From contig CAVWHX010000004.1 of the NCBI GenBank assembly GCA_963754925.1, positions 768,001 to 832,000 of the forward strand: a stretch of DNA of 64,000 bases, in the 5' to 3' direction. Of the stretch, positions 55,041 through 64,000 are shown piece after piece. The notes beneath the pieces are model-generated. The model did not search any database and was not told where the DNA came from. It was given only the letters and a program-made list of their open reading frames with translations. The position numbers and the translations under genes are program-made. Source of the DNA: an uncultured delta proteobacterium (GTDB lineage: Bacteria; Myxococcota; B64-G9). Numbering within the stretch: position 1 is the first letter of the stretch; each line of letters starts with the position of its first letter.

Positions 55041-55059
55041 AGCCCACCGTTCCCATGTT

Positions 55060-55986
55060 TCATTTACCCACGGTGACCACTCCCGGCCGTTCCAACAGAG
55101 AGCGAGGTACTTTAAGCTCGATCATCGAAGCGGTGGCCAGGTTTATAGTCAGCGTGCCTTCCGGAGCCTGCAACCCGAGATCGGACATCTTTCCTCCCCC
55201 AAGAATTGTTTGAGCCACCTGCGCGGCCTTACGACCCTGGTTGCGATAACTTGCCGAGAAGGAGCAATAGGCGCCCTTGCGAACAAACTCATCAGAAAAT
55301 GCGGCGACCGGAATTTTTTTCTCGGCCTGCATAAGCAGCGCCTGCTCAAAAAACTCTCGGGTCATGACGGTTGCGTCGCGGATCAACCACAACCCATTGC
55401 ATCGAATCGAGCTGTTCTTAAGGCTTTCCAGGACTTGGCTACGATCTTCGATTGCATATTCCTCAATTTTTATTCCTATCCCCGAGGCCGCCGCCCGAAT
55501 GCCTTCTATAAATCGGGATGACTGTTTCGGATCGTATATCACACCGAGGGTTTTTACATTCGGAATAGCTTCCTTGAAAGCCTGAAGCTGTTTATCGACG
55601 GGCGCCTCCATATCGACGCCAACAACATTAGATGCCTTCAGTTTAGCCTGTTGTGAGCTCATCACCATGCAATACACGATAGGCAGATCGGTGAATTCGC
55701 CCTTGAGCGCAAAAGCGGCGCCCGATCCGACGGCAACCAGAACGCGGGGTGTCTTCGCGCGAACGGTTGCGGCAATTTCACCTACGTCCTCATTTGAATT
55801 CAACGATACTACTTCTATCGAACCCCTAAACGCCTCTTTAAATCCTTCTACCGCCTGATCATAGAGAGGCATATCTTTCGACTTTACCACCAACACTTCA
55901 GTTGCCAACACCGGCGCGCTTATCAAAAAAACCAACCCCAGGGTGATTATTTTGGAACGCGTCAATCGTTGGCCAGCTGACCACAT
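55060..55986 (-). CDS. ABC-type substrate-binding protein (ABC_sub_bind-like)
   Basis: Signal peptide, LPIVY, LGVIYDP, EFVRKGA, QGRKAA, INLATA. Confidence 0.8.
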   Translation of the reverse strand: MWSAGQRLTRSKIITLGLVFLISAPVLATEVLVVKSKDMPLYDQAVEGFKEAFRGSIEVVSLNSNEDVGEIAATVRAKTPRVLVAVGSGAAFALKGEFTDLPIVYCMVMSSQQAKLKASNVVGVDMEAPVDKQLQAFKEAIPNVKTLGVIYDPKQSSRFIEGIRAAASGIGIKIEEYAIEDRSQVLESLKNSSIRCNGLWLIRDATVMTREFFEQALLMQAEKKIPVAAFSDEFVRKGAYCSFSASYRNQGRKAAQVAQTILGGGKMSDLGLQAPEGTLTINLATASMIELKVPRSLLERPGVVTVGK

Positions 55987-56038
55987 GCACCTACTCCCAC
56001 CGGACCTGTAGAATAAGCCAGCGAAAAATGTCGATAGT

Positions 56039-56067
56039 ATAATAATTTAGCCACCCAACTATGTCAA
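56039..56067 (-). promoter_or_regulatory. Sigma70-type promoter for SBP-MCP-tatC
   Basis: TTGACA-17 nt-TATTAT on the minus strand. Confidence 0.6.
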
Positions 56068-56218
56068 GAATCGGACAAATTAAACAATTTGAAATATCTG
56101 ATTGATAGGTATATATCTTTTATATATATGTTATTATAATTTCCACTAGCCCCTAATTGAAAGATACCTCATATTAATAGACGCTTGACGCTTGTTCTAT
56201 TATTAAGCTACAAAATAT

Positions 56219-56333
56219 CAAGATCAGGCGGCCCGAGAAATTGAAGCCCCATCTCGCTTCGCTCGGCAAGAATCTCTTGGGTGCAGCCGGGCCATCGGAT
56301 GCAGGCAGCGGGAAATTCACCCCGTGGGACGCA
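56219..56333 (+). promoter_or_regulatory. NiCo (czcD)-like metal-sensing riboswitch
   Basis: Ordered conserved blocks GATCAGGC ... GCAGCCGGGC ... GGCAGC ... GTGGGAC with P2-P4 stems, upstream of a CDF exporter. Outer P1 pairing is weak. Confidence 0.75.
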
Positions 56334-56352
56334 TAGTCTCGCGGGTTTTTTT
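56321..56352 (+). terminator. Intrinsic terminator forming the riboswitch expression platform
   Basis: CCCGTGGGAC-GCATA-GTCTCGCGGG followed by T7; the 5' arm overlaps the aptamer 3' end. Confidence 0.85.
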
Positions 56353-56369
56353 GACGATTGAGGATCGAG

Positions 56370-57329
56370 ATGGCATTTGAGAAACGCAAAATGACGGTGG
56401 CGTTGTTGTCGATCTTCTCAAATACTTTTCTCGTGGCTGGCAAACTGATCGTTGGGTTTTTGATTGGTTCGGTTTCCGTCATCTCCGAGGCAATACATTC
56501 CGGCGTTGATTTGTTGGCCGCGATAATCGCTTTCTTGGCCGTGCGCTCATCCAGTAAACCGGCTGATGATCAGCACCCCTATGGCCATGGAAAATGGGAG
56601 AATATCTCCGGAGCAGTCGAAGCATTGCTTATCTTTGTAGCCGCCGGCTGGATTATCTATGAGTCTATTCACAAGCTTCTTCATCCAGCAGACCTTCCAC
56701 AAGCGGGCCTCGGGGTAGTTCTCATGCTGATATCGGCTACCATGAACCTGATTGTCTCACATTTTCTTTTCAAAGTGGGCGAGCAGACCGAGTCCATGGC
56801 GTTGCTGGCTGACGGCTGGCACCTGCGCACCGATGTCTACACCTCGCTTGGCGTGATGGTTGGCCTGGGGTTCATCTGGCTTGGTGGATTTCTATTCAAG
56901 GATATCAATCTGTTATGGCTCGATCCGCTGGTGGCAATGGCGGTGGCAGTGCTCATTCTCCGCGCCGCTTGGAAATTGGTGCGTGACTCGCTGCGAGATC
57001 TTCTCGACGAGAGCCTGCCTGCGCCTGAGCAGGAGTGGATTTCAAACCGGGTGCGCGAATTGCAACCTACCGTGCGCTCATATCATAAACTCCGCACCCG
57101 CCGATCGGGCACGACACGCTTCATCGACCTGCATTTGGTGGTGGATCCCCGGATGACGGTCGAAAACTCTCATCAGATTAGCCACCAGCTTGCAGCCGAA
57201 ATTCGAGCCCATTTCCCCGATAGCAGCGTCATCGCCCATATTGAGCCCTGCGACGGCAAGTGCCCCAAGATGTGCGTTGATAGCTGCCTCTTGTCACCCT
57301 CAGAGCGAGCGACCATACAGACGAAATAG
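56370..57329 (+). CDS. Cation diffusion facilitator (FieF/CzcD-like) metal exporter
   Basis: SEAIHSGVD, PADDQHPYGHGKWE, HLRTD, HIEP; Cys-rich tail. Confidence 0.93.
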   Translation: MAFEKRKMTVALLSIFSNTFLVAGKLIVGFLIGSVSVISEAIHSGVDLLAAIIAFLAVRSSSKPADDQHPYGHGKWENISGAVEALLIFVAAGWIIYESIHKLLHPADLPQAGLGVVLMLISATMNLIVSHFLFKVGEQTESMALLADGWHLRTDVYTSLGVMVGLGFIWLGGFLFKDINLLWLDPLVAMAVAVLILRAAWKLVRDSLRDLLDESLPAPEQEWISNRVRELQPTVRSYHKLRTRRSGTTRFIDLHLVVDPRMTVENSHQISHQLAAEIRAHFPDSSVIAHIEPCDGKCPKMCVDSCLLSPSERATIQTK

Positions 57330-57348
57330 ATGGTGCCCTGCTGGTTGC

Positions 57349-58632
57349 TTATTTGCGCTCGATCCGCGCGCCGAGAGCCTGCAATCGTTCCTCGATTCGT
57401 TCGTAGCCCCGATCAATCTGACCGATATTAAAAACCACGCTTTTTCCCTGGGCGCACAGGGCGGCGCACAACAAAGCCATTCCGGCCCGAATGTCGGGAC
57501 TGGGCAACCCGTCGGGCTCACCATACAGTTGGCTGGGGCCGACTACCACTGCCCGATGGGGATCGCATAAGATGATGCGCGCACCCATGCCCACCAGCCG
57601 ATCGACGAAGAACAGCCGGCTCTCGAACATCTTCTCGTGGATGAGCACCGTTCCGCGCGCTTGGGTGGCCACCACCAAAGCGATGCTGATCAAGTCAGGA
57701 TTGAAGCCCGGCCAGGGCGCCGAGTCGATCTTCGGAATGGCGTTGTGTAGGTCCTGACGCACGCAGAGCTCCTGATCCGCGGGAACCACGATGTCATCGC
57801 CCTCGTCAATGAAGCTTACCCCCAATCGGCCGAACGCGATACGCGTCATGCGGTGCTCTTCGGGCCGCGCGCGAACGATACGGAGCTGGCTCTTGGTGAT
57901 CGCCGCCAAACCAATAAACGACCCCACCTCCATGAAATCCGGCCCGATGGTGTATTCACACCCCGTGAGTTGGCCGACGCCTTCGATGTGCACTTGGTTG
58001 GTGCCAATACCGGTGATGGCGCCACCCATACGATTAAGGCAGTGGCAGAGATCTTGGACATGCGGCTCTGATGCGGCGTTGCTAATGACCGTCGCTCCCT
58101 CGGCCAGCACCGCCGCCAGGATGGCTTGTTCGGTACCGGTGACCGAGGTTTCATCCAGAAAGATCTCGGTTCCGCGCAGACGGTCGGCCTTGAGAATGTA
58201 AGCGGTCTGGGTCACCTCGAGCGTCGCCCCCAAGGCTTGGAGGGCGCCAAAGTGGGTATCGAGCCGACGTCGGCCAATGAGATCTCCGCCGGGGCGGGGG
58301 AGGGTCACCGTGCCGTGCCGCGCGAGCAAGGGGCCCGCCACCAACACCGATGAGCGGATCTTCCGAGACAGCAACCGATCCGGTTCGGTGTTCGTCAAGC
58401 GATGGGCCGAAAGGCTGATGCTATGACCCTTGCGCCAACCTATCTCTACGCCGAGCTGTTCTATCAAACGCAACTTGTTGGTTACGTCGCCTATCAAGGG
58501 GAGATTGTGCAACACCAACTCGCCGTTGGTCAGCAGCGAAGCCGCGAGCAGCGGCAGCGCCGCGTTCTTGTTGCCGGACGGGGTAATGCTACCGTGCAAC
58601 CGATGGCCGCCCTCGATAACAAACCTCTCCAT
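57349..58632 (-). CDS. murA: UDP-N-acetylglucosamine 1-carboxyvinyltransferase (Cys115Asp type)
   Basis: [41 protein letters not shown]. Confidence 0.95.
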   Translation of the reverse strand: MERFVIEGGHRLHGSITPSGNKNAALPLLAASLLTNGELVLHNLPLIGDVTNKLRLIEQLGVEIGWRKGHSISLSAHRLTNTEPDRLLSRKIRSSVLVAGPLLARHGTVTLPRPGGDLIGRRRLDTHFGALQALGATLEVTQTAYILKADRLRGTEIFLDETSVTGTEQAILAAVLAEGATVISNAASEPHVQDLCHCLNRMGGAITGIGTNQVHIEGVGQLTGCEYTIGPDFMEVGSFIGLAAITKSQLRIVRARPEEHRMTRIAFGRLGVSFIDEGDDIVVPADQELCVRQDLHNAIPKIDSAPWPGFNPDLISIALVVATQARGTVLIHEKMFESRLFFVDRLVGMGARIILCDPHRAVVVGPSQLYGEPDGLPSPDIRAGMALLCAALCAQGKSVVFNIGQIDRGYERIEERLQALGARIERK

Positions 58633-58646
58633 TACAGGCACTCTTT

Positions 58647-58774
58647 CCTGGGGTTGAAACCCCAGGCTCCATTTCTCCGCTGCTTCGCAGCAACAAATAG
58701 TCTTGTTCTTCTCATTGTCGCAGTTAGACGCTGCAAAGCAGCGAGGGTTGATAGCCTGGGATTTTAATCCCAGG
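58647..58774. repeat. REP-like inverted doublet (58647-58691 and 58730-58774)
   Basis: Unit GCTGC(A/G)AAGCAGCG-N-AGCCTGGG-N-CCCAGG present in both orientations. Confidence 0.8.
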
Positions 58775-58775
58775 A

Positions 58776-59066
58776 CTACGTATTATGCCCAAGCTTTTTC
58801 GGACCTTCCTTGAAGAGCACCTCGATCCGCCGTTCTTCGGCGTTGATCACGATGCCCTTGCCGAATACCGGATGAAGGATTAAATTCGTCTCTTCAAAGC
58901 TGCCTTTGAGCGAGTATGGCTTGAATGCCTCCTCGGGCGCTTTGGCGACGTGCTCTTCCCAGGTATACTTGGGCTTGGTCGGTTTGGGAATGGAGAAACG
59001 CGGCGCATCTTCGGAGTCGCGGATCCGCGGTGTGCGCGATACCTGTTTTGTTCTTTTTATTGACAT
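58776..59066 (-). CDS. Small hypothetical protein with Tudor/SH3-like C-terminus (96 aa)
   Basis: ATG 59066; YS...F...[12 protein letters not shown]...IEVLF..G.KKL motif. Confidence 0.7.
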   Translation of the reverse strand: MSIKRTKQVSRTPRIRDSEDAPRFSIPKPTKPKYTWEEHVAKAPEEAFKPYSLKGSFEETNLILHPVFGKGIVINAEERRIEVLFKEGPKKLGHNT

Positions 59067-59084
59067 GGGCGCAATAATAAACAG

Positions 59085-61028
59085 ATGAACGACGAAGGTC
59101 AAGTAGACACCGCAATTTTCCTGACAGCCGGACAGCGGCCGCGTTCCCCGGTTGAAGCAGAGGTTTTGCCCCTGTCGCGCGCCGAGCTCGATGCGCTTGG
59201 ATGGGACACGTGCGACGTCATACTCGTTACCGGCGATGCTCTCGTCGATCATCCGAGCTTTGGCGTGGCGGTGATTGCGCGGGTGCTCTTGGCCAGAGGC
59301 TTTCGGGTCGGGATCATCGCGCAGCCCGATTGGCGCTCGAACGCGGCCTTCACCGTCCTCGGCCGTCCCAATCTGTTCTTTGGGGTGACTGCGGGCAATG
59401 TGGACTCGCTGGTCAATCGGTTCACCGCCGATAAAAGGCCGCGCTCCGACGACGCCTACACCCCTGATGATCAACCCAACGGCCGGCCGGATCGAGCCAC
59501 GATCGTTTATGCTCATCGCTGCCGCGAGGCTTTTCCCGATGTGCCGATACTCCTGGGTGGGTTGGAAGCCTCGCTGCGTCGGGCGGCGCATTATGACTAT
59601 TGGTCCGACAGCGTGCGTCGCTCAATCCTGATTGACGCTCAGGCCGACCTGTTGCTGTATGGCAATGCCGAGCGCGCGGTGGTTACGGTAGCAGAACGCC
59701 TCGCCGCCTCTGAGCCTATCGAAAGCATCACCGATGTCCGCGGCACGGTTTTCGTGCGACAAGCCGGCGCGTCGACGAGCACCGACGATGCATTGGTAAA
59801 GCTCCCTTCGTTCGATGAAGTCTCGCGCGACCCCTATGCCTATACCCAGGCCGCCCGTTTGATTCAACTCGAGGCATGGCGCACCAACGGCCGAACGCTG
59901 GTCCAGCGTCATGGAACGCGCGAGGTGTGGTTGCGGCCGCCGCCCGAGCCGCTATCTACCCCCGAGCTTGATTGGATCTACGAGCTTCCGTATCAGCGCG
60001 CTCCCCATCCCCGGTACGCCGGCCGACGTCTGGCGGCTTATGAAACCGTCCGGTTTTCGATTGCCATCCTGCGCGGCTGTTTCGGTGGCTGCGCTTTCTG
60101 CTCGCTCGCCGCTCATGAAGGCCCGATTATCCAAAACCGTTCCGCGGAATCAATCCTGCGTGAAATGGCCCTGGTGCGCGATTGCGTCCCGGGATTCACC
60201 GGCATCATTTCGGATCTCGGCGGGCCAACCGCCAATATGTATCGCATGGGTTGCGGTCGAAAAGCCGGCATGGGTCAGTGCCATCGGTTATCGTGCCTGT
60301 ATCCAGACATTTGCCGCAACTTGATAAAAAGCCACGCCCCCCTGATCGACCTGTATCGACACGCCCGGGCGCTGCCGGGAATCAAGAAGGTTCTCATCGG
60401 CTCGGGGGTGCGCTACGATCTGGCGCTGACCTCGCCCGAATACATTCGCGAACTTGTCACCCACCATGTTGGCGGTTACCTTAAAACCGCGCCGGAACAC
60501 ATCTGCCCCGGACCGCTCGCGGCCATGCAAAAACCAGGGCTGTCGTGCTACGAGCGTTTTCGCGACTTGTTTGATAGATACTCTCGCAGGGCCGGTAAAG
60601 AACAATACCTGATCCCCTACTTTATTGCCGCCCATCCGGGAACCACCGACGAAGATATGCTCACCCTCGCCTGTTGGTTGAAGCAAAACTGCTACCGCCT
60701 CGATCAAGTCCAAACTTTTTTGCCCTCGCCCATGACCCCGGCCACCGCCATGTATCACACGGGAAAAAATCCTTTACGCCCAATTCACCAAGGCTCCGAG
60801 GACATCATTGTTCCGAAGCAGCCTAAAATTCGGCGATTACACAAAGCGTTTTTACGCTACCATGATCCAGGAAATTGGCCCGTGCTTCGGGAGGCGCTGA
60901 GACGCATGGGCCGAGCCGACCTGATCGGCCCCCATCCGCACCAACTGGTTCCGGCTTACCAGCCCGCCGGAAAATCCGGCCGGCCAGAGGGCATTCGCCG
61001 GCCGCGGAAGAGAGGCAAAAAAAAGTAA
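59085..61028 (+). CDS. ygiQ: YgiQ family (UPF0313) radical SAM protein
   Basis: [48 protein letters not shown]. Confidence 0.92.
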   Translation: MNDEGQVDTAIFLTAGQRPRSPVEAEVLPLSRAELDALGWDTCDVILVTGDALVDHPSFGVAVIARVLLARGFRVGIIAQPDWRSNAAFTVLGRPNLFFGVTAGNVDSLVNRFTADKRPRSDDAYTPDDQPNGRPDRATIVYAHRCREAFPDVPILLGGLEASLRRAAHYDYWSDSVRRSILIDAQADLLLYGNAERAVVTVAERLAASEPIESITDVRGTVFVRQAGASTSTDDALVKLPSFDEVSRDPYAYTQAARLIQLEAWRTNGRTLVQRHGTREVWLRPPPEPLSTPELDWIYELPYQRAPHPRYAGRRLAAYETVRFSIAILRGCFGGCAFCSLAAHEGPIIQNRSAESILREMALVRDCVPGFTGIISDLGGPTANMYRMGCGRKAGMGQCHRLSCLYPDICRNLIKSHAPLIDLYRHARALPGIKKVLIGSGVRYDLALTSPEYIRELVTHHVGGYLKTAPEHICPGPLAAMQKPGLSCYERFRDLFDRYSRRAGKEQYLIPYFIAAHPGTTDEDMLTLACWLKQNCYRLDQVQTFLPSPMTPATAMYHTGKNPLRPIHQGSEDIIVPKQPKIRRLHKAFLRYHDPGNWPVLREALRRMGRADLIGPHPHQLVPAYQPAGKSGRPEGIRRPRKRGKKK

Positions 61029-61029
61029 T

Positions 61030-61545
61030 TTAGGGGTTTTCGTTAAGGAACTGAGTCTTTTGGTTTATGCAATCCGTAACCGCCGGTATATTGCAACTGG
61101 TACTACTCGCACAGGATGCCAAGGAATTAAGAAATCCGCCGTCAAGGCATTTCAACGCATTGAACGCGCCCGAATTCTCAATATCTGTCAGCGAGTTGAC
61201 GCAGGTTTCTGCATCGACGAACCCGCCGCAACTCTGAAGTTGTCCGCAGATCTTATTGAAAAGCCCGCCGAGATCGGTTTTGCAGTTTTGAAACGCCTGG
61301 GTATCGCAAATTGCAATATCAGAACAATCTTGATTAACGCAACTGTTCAATTTCGATAGAACGTCATCGTTGAGAGTGTCATTCAACTTGCTACAGGTGG
61401 TGTTACAGCTTGCGACGTCTGTCGTAGAATCGCATTGTTTTTGCTTGTTACAGGAGTTAGTACAATTGATGCTCGACCCACCGCAGGAACTGACGGTGCT
61501 ACCAACGAACACTACCAACGAAATCACAACAAATATTTTTTTCAT
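61030..61545 (-). CDS. Cysteine-rich lipoprotein
   Basis: AGGAGA RBS, MKK plus hydrophobic segment, lipobox VSSC, 16 further Cys. Confidence 0.75.
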   Translation of the reverse strand: MKKIFVVISLVVFVGSTVSSCGGSSINCTNSCNKQKQCDSTTDVASCNTTCSKLNDTLNDDVLSKLNSCVNQDCSDIAICDTQAFQNCKTDLGGLFNKICGQLQSCGGFVDAETCVNSLTDIENSGAFNALKCLDGGFLNSLASCASSTSCNIPAVTDCINQKTQFLNENP

Positions 61546-61737
61546 TTTGTCTCTCCTCACACAGGAATTTCTGGTTTCATCAGTTATCATTTTCTTCAAC
61601 GTTCTGTGTCGCGACCGCGCGGGAACTGGGCTGATTTAACAGATTTGATCACAACAAGCAAGTCCTGTTGGTGAAAAATCTTTCACACACTGAAACTAAT
61701 AGGTTTCAATCGGTTATAACCGGAAGGAGGGAAGCTA

Positions 61738-63162
61738 TTATTTTGTTTTAGCGAGAAAATTATTGATTTTACGAGCAACTTGGCGGCCTTCGGTGATCGC
61801 CCATACGACCAGCGACTGACCACGGCGCATGTCGCCTGCAGCAAAAACGCCGGGGACGTTGGTTGCCATGTTTTCGTCTGTGGCGACGTTACCGCGATCG
61901 TCGAGTGACACACCTAATTGCTTGAGCATGCCGCCCTGTTCGGGGCCACTAAATCCCATAGCTAAAAGAACCAAATCAGCGGCCAGGCTGAACGTGCTCT
62001 CGGCAATTTCTTTCATCACCATGCAACCATAACTGTTGGTGGACCATTCAACGCGCACGAAGTTAGCTTTCTCTACTCGGTTTATTCCTTCGAACGACTT
62101 AATAAGTACCGCCCACTCGCGCCGGCAGCCTTCCTCTTGTGAAGAGGATGTTCTCAAAATCGCTGGCCAGGTCGGCCAGGGCATTGCCGGCGTTCGTTCG
62201 GGCGGCGGTTGGGGCAAGATCTCGATCTGAGTTACCGACCGCGCCCCCTGCCGAATCGCCGTGCCCACGCAGTCCGAGCCCGTATCCCCACCGCCAATCA
62301 CAATCACATAGTTATGAGCGGCAGTGATCGCTTGTTCCTCGGGGATAGTTTCCCCGGCTACCCGGCGGTTTTGCTGAGACAGATAGTCGATGGCCAGATA
62401 AATCCCCGGAAGATCGCGGCCTTGTAAGGGAAGATCGCGGGCTAGTGTCGCCCCACCCGCCAAACAGATAGCTTGAAAGTCCCTTTTAATCCACTCGACA
62501 TCGATGTTGCCGCCGACCGAGGAGTTTATCCTGAAATTCACCCCTTCCTGGGCCATGATATCGATCCGCCTCTTGACCAGGCTCTTCTCCAATTTGAAAT
62601 CCGGAATGCCGTAAGTTAGAAGGCCGCCTATTTTATCACTCCGTTCAAAAACGGTGACCGTATGACCAAAGTAGTTGAGCTCCGCCGCCGCCGCTAGACC
62701 GGCCGGGCCAGAACCGACAATCGCCACCCGTTTTCCCGAACGCGTGGCCGGCAGCAACGCATCCACCCAGCCTTCTTCGAAGGCGCGGTCGATGATAGCG
62801 GCCTCAATTTGCTTAATCGTCACCGGTGGTTCATTGATACCAAGCACACAGGCGGGCTCGCACGGCGCCGGGCAAACCCGACCGGTGAACTCGGGAAAGT
62901 TGTTGGTCGCATGCAGCGATTCGATCGCGTCTTTCCATCGACCTCGGTAGACGAAATCATTCCATTCCGGGATAAGGTTGCCGAGGGGACAGCCCCAGTG
63001 GCAAAAGGGCACCCCGCAATCCATACACCGCGCTCCCTGGATGGCGAGCTCCCGCTCGCCGAGGGGGATATCGAACTCTCTATTGTCCTTGATACGCTCT
63101 GTAACGGGTCGTTTTGACCCGTCTTGGCGGGGATATTTTAAGAACCCTTGGGGATCGCCCAT
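61738..63162 (-). CDS. gltD: Glutamate synthase small subunit
   Basis: RCMDCGVPFC, NNFPEFTGRVCPAPCE, GSGPAG, GGGDTGSDC, AGDMRRGQSLVVWAI. Confidence 0.97.
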   Translation of the reverse strand: MGDPQGFLKYPRQDGSKRPVTERIKDNREFDIPLGERELAIQGARCMDCGVPFCHWGCPLGNLIPEWNDFVYRGRWKDAIESLHATNNFPEFTGRVCPAPCEPACVLGINEPPVTIKQIEAAIIDRAFEEGWVDALLPATRSGKRVAIVGSGPAGLAAAAELNYFGHTVTVFERSDKIGGLLTYGIPDFKLEKSLVKRRIDIMAQEGVNFRINSSVGGNIDVEWIKRDFQAICLAGGATLARDLPLQGRDLPGIYLAIDYLSQQNRRVAGETIPEEQAITAAHNYVIVIGGGDTGSDCVGTAIRQGARSVTQIEILPQPPPERTPAMPWPTWPAILRTSSSQEEGCRREWAVLIKSFEGINRVEKANFVRVEWSTNSYGCMVMKEIAESTFSLAADLVLLAMGFSGPEQGGMLKQLGVSLDDRGNVATDENMATNVPGVFAAGDMRRGQSLVVWAITEGRQVARKINNFLAKTK

Positions 63163-63191
63163 ATACCAGTACTCCTTTGAAATACCAACCC

Positions 63192-64000
63192 TTACCCAAC
63201 CTTTCGTTCGCTCAAGGCCCGGCGGTAATCGAGCGGCATGACTTTAACAAATTGGGCAAGCGACATCTCCCATTGCCCCATCACGCGCTTTGCCACCGCG
63301 CTTCCCGTATACAGGAGGTGCCGCTCAACCAATGTTTTGATGGTCTGCAGGTCTTCTTCAGCCAGCGGCTCAAAATCCACCATCTGCGTGTTGCACAACG
63401 ACGTAAACCGGCCGTCGTCATCGAGCACGTATGCAATCCCGCCGCTCATGCCGGCCGCGAAATTCCGTCCGGTCTTTCCCAGGATCACCACCCGGCCGCC
63501 GGTCATGTATTCGCAGCCGTGGTCACCTATCCCCTCGACCACCGCATGCGCGCCGGAGTTCCTGACCGCAAAGCGTTCACCCACTATGCCACGCAGGTAA
63601 CATTCGCCCGAGGTCGCACCGTACAGGATCACATTGCCGGCGATGATGTTCTCTTCCGGGAGGTACGCGGCGTCGCGAGGCGGGTAGACGACGATGCGGC
63701 CGCCCGAAAGCCCCTTGCCAAGATAGTCGTTGGCGTCGCCTTCAAGCTCCAACGAAAGCCCGCGCGCCGCAAAAGCGCCGAACGATTGGCCGGCAGAACC
63801 GTTGAACTTGAAATGAAGGGTGTCGTCCGGAAGCCCGGCCTGGCCATAGCGCTTTGCGATTTCGCCCGAGAGCATAGCGCCGACCGCGCGGTTGACGTTG
63901 CGGATCGGAAGCTCTGCACGCACCGGCTCTTTATGTTCCAGCGCCGGGCGCGCAAGCTCAATCATCTTGATTTCGAGCGGATCCCAAACATCCAGCTCTT
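63192..64000 (-). CDS. gltB: Glutamate synthase large subunit, C-terminal GXGXG domain (5' part outside window)
   Basis: [49 protein letters not shown]. Confidence 0.96.
   Translation of the reverse strand, partial: ELDVWDPLEIKMIELARPALEHKEPVRAELPIRNVNRAVGAMLSGEIAKRYGQAGLPDDTLHFKFNGSAGQSFGAFAARGLSLELEGDANDYLGKGLSGGRIVVYPPRDAAYLPEENIIAGNVILYGATSGECYLRGIVGERFAVRNSGAHAVVEGIGDHGCEYMTGGRVVILGKTGRNFAAGMSGGIAYVLDDDGRFTSLCNTQMVDFEPLAEEDLQTIKTLVERHLLYTGSAVAKRVMGQWEMSLAQFVKVMPLDYRRALSERKVG

Noticed and set aside
59067..59591. N-terminal 175 aa of ORF 58776-59591
   Set aside because: Antisense shadow of ygiQ; only the last 96 aa look like a real protein.

Overview
A mostly housekeeping chromosomal window from a Gram-negative bacterium, most likely Myxococcota/deltaproteobacterial. 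That assignment is inferred from a GltJ/AgmX-like protein, a DUF4388-type protein, an MshEN-REC-TPR regulator, paired Get3/ArsA ATPases and an F0-only ATP synthase operon. Housekeeping content: the envelope cluster prfB-lysS-lolC/E-lolD-bamA-skp-lpxD-lpxA; phoH-7TM-HD-ybeY; tRNA-Leu(GAG); a TPR-TonB-ExbB-ExbD-ExbD operon; gap-pgk-tpiA-secG; ttcA; thiD-yjbQ; atpZ/I-B-E-F; gyrB-fabH-gyrA; SBP-MCP-tatC; a CDF metal exporter; murA; ygiQ; gltB-gltD. Most notable: (1) an AT-rich ~4.5-kb island (34.9-39.4 kb) carrying a DUF3800 RNase H-fold gene, a translationally coupled unknown gene and a two-hairpin putative ncRNA, convergent with an MmeI-like type IIL restriction-modification enzyme. This is a candidate protein+RNA defence system. 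(2) A family of 55-65 bp 'TTAG-hairpin-TATCCC-hairpin' mini mobile elements. One copy rewrote a gene's C-terminus and another is nested in a different repeat. (3) A NiCo/czcD-like metal riboswitch with an overlapping terminator upstream of the CDF gene. (4) A large, divergent stand-alone RelA/SpoT-type HD hydrolase. Five genes, including essential atpB and tatC, each carry one extra base in a short homopolymer, so these frameshifts are probably sequencing errors. The prfB frameshift is the genuine programmed one. No database searches were run; all family calls come from motif recognition.
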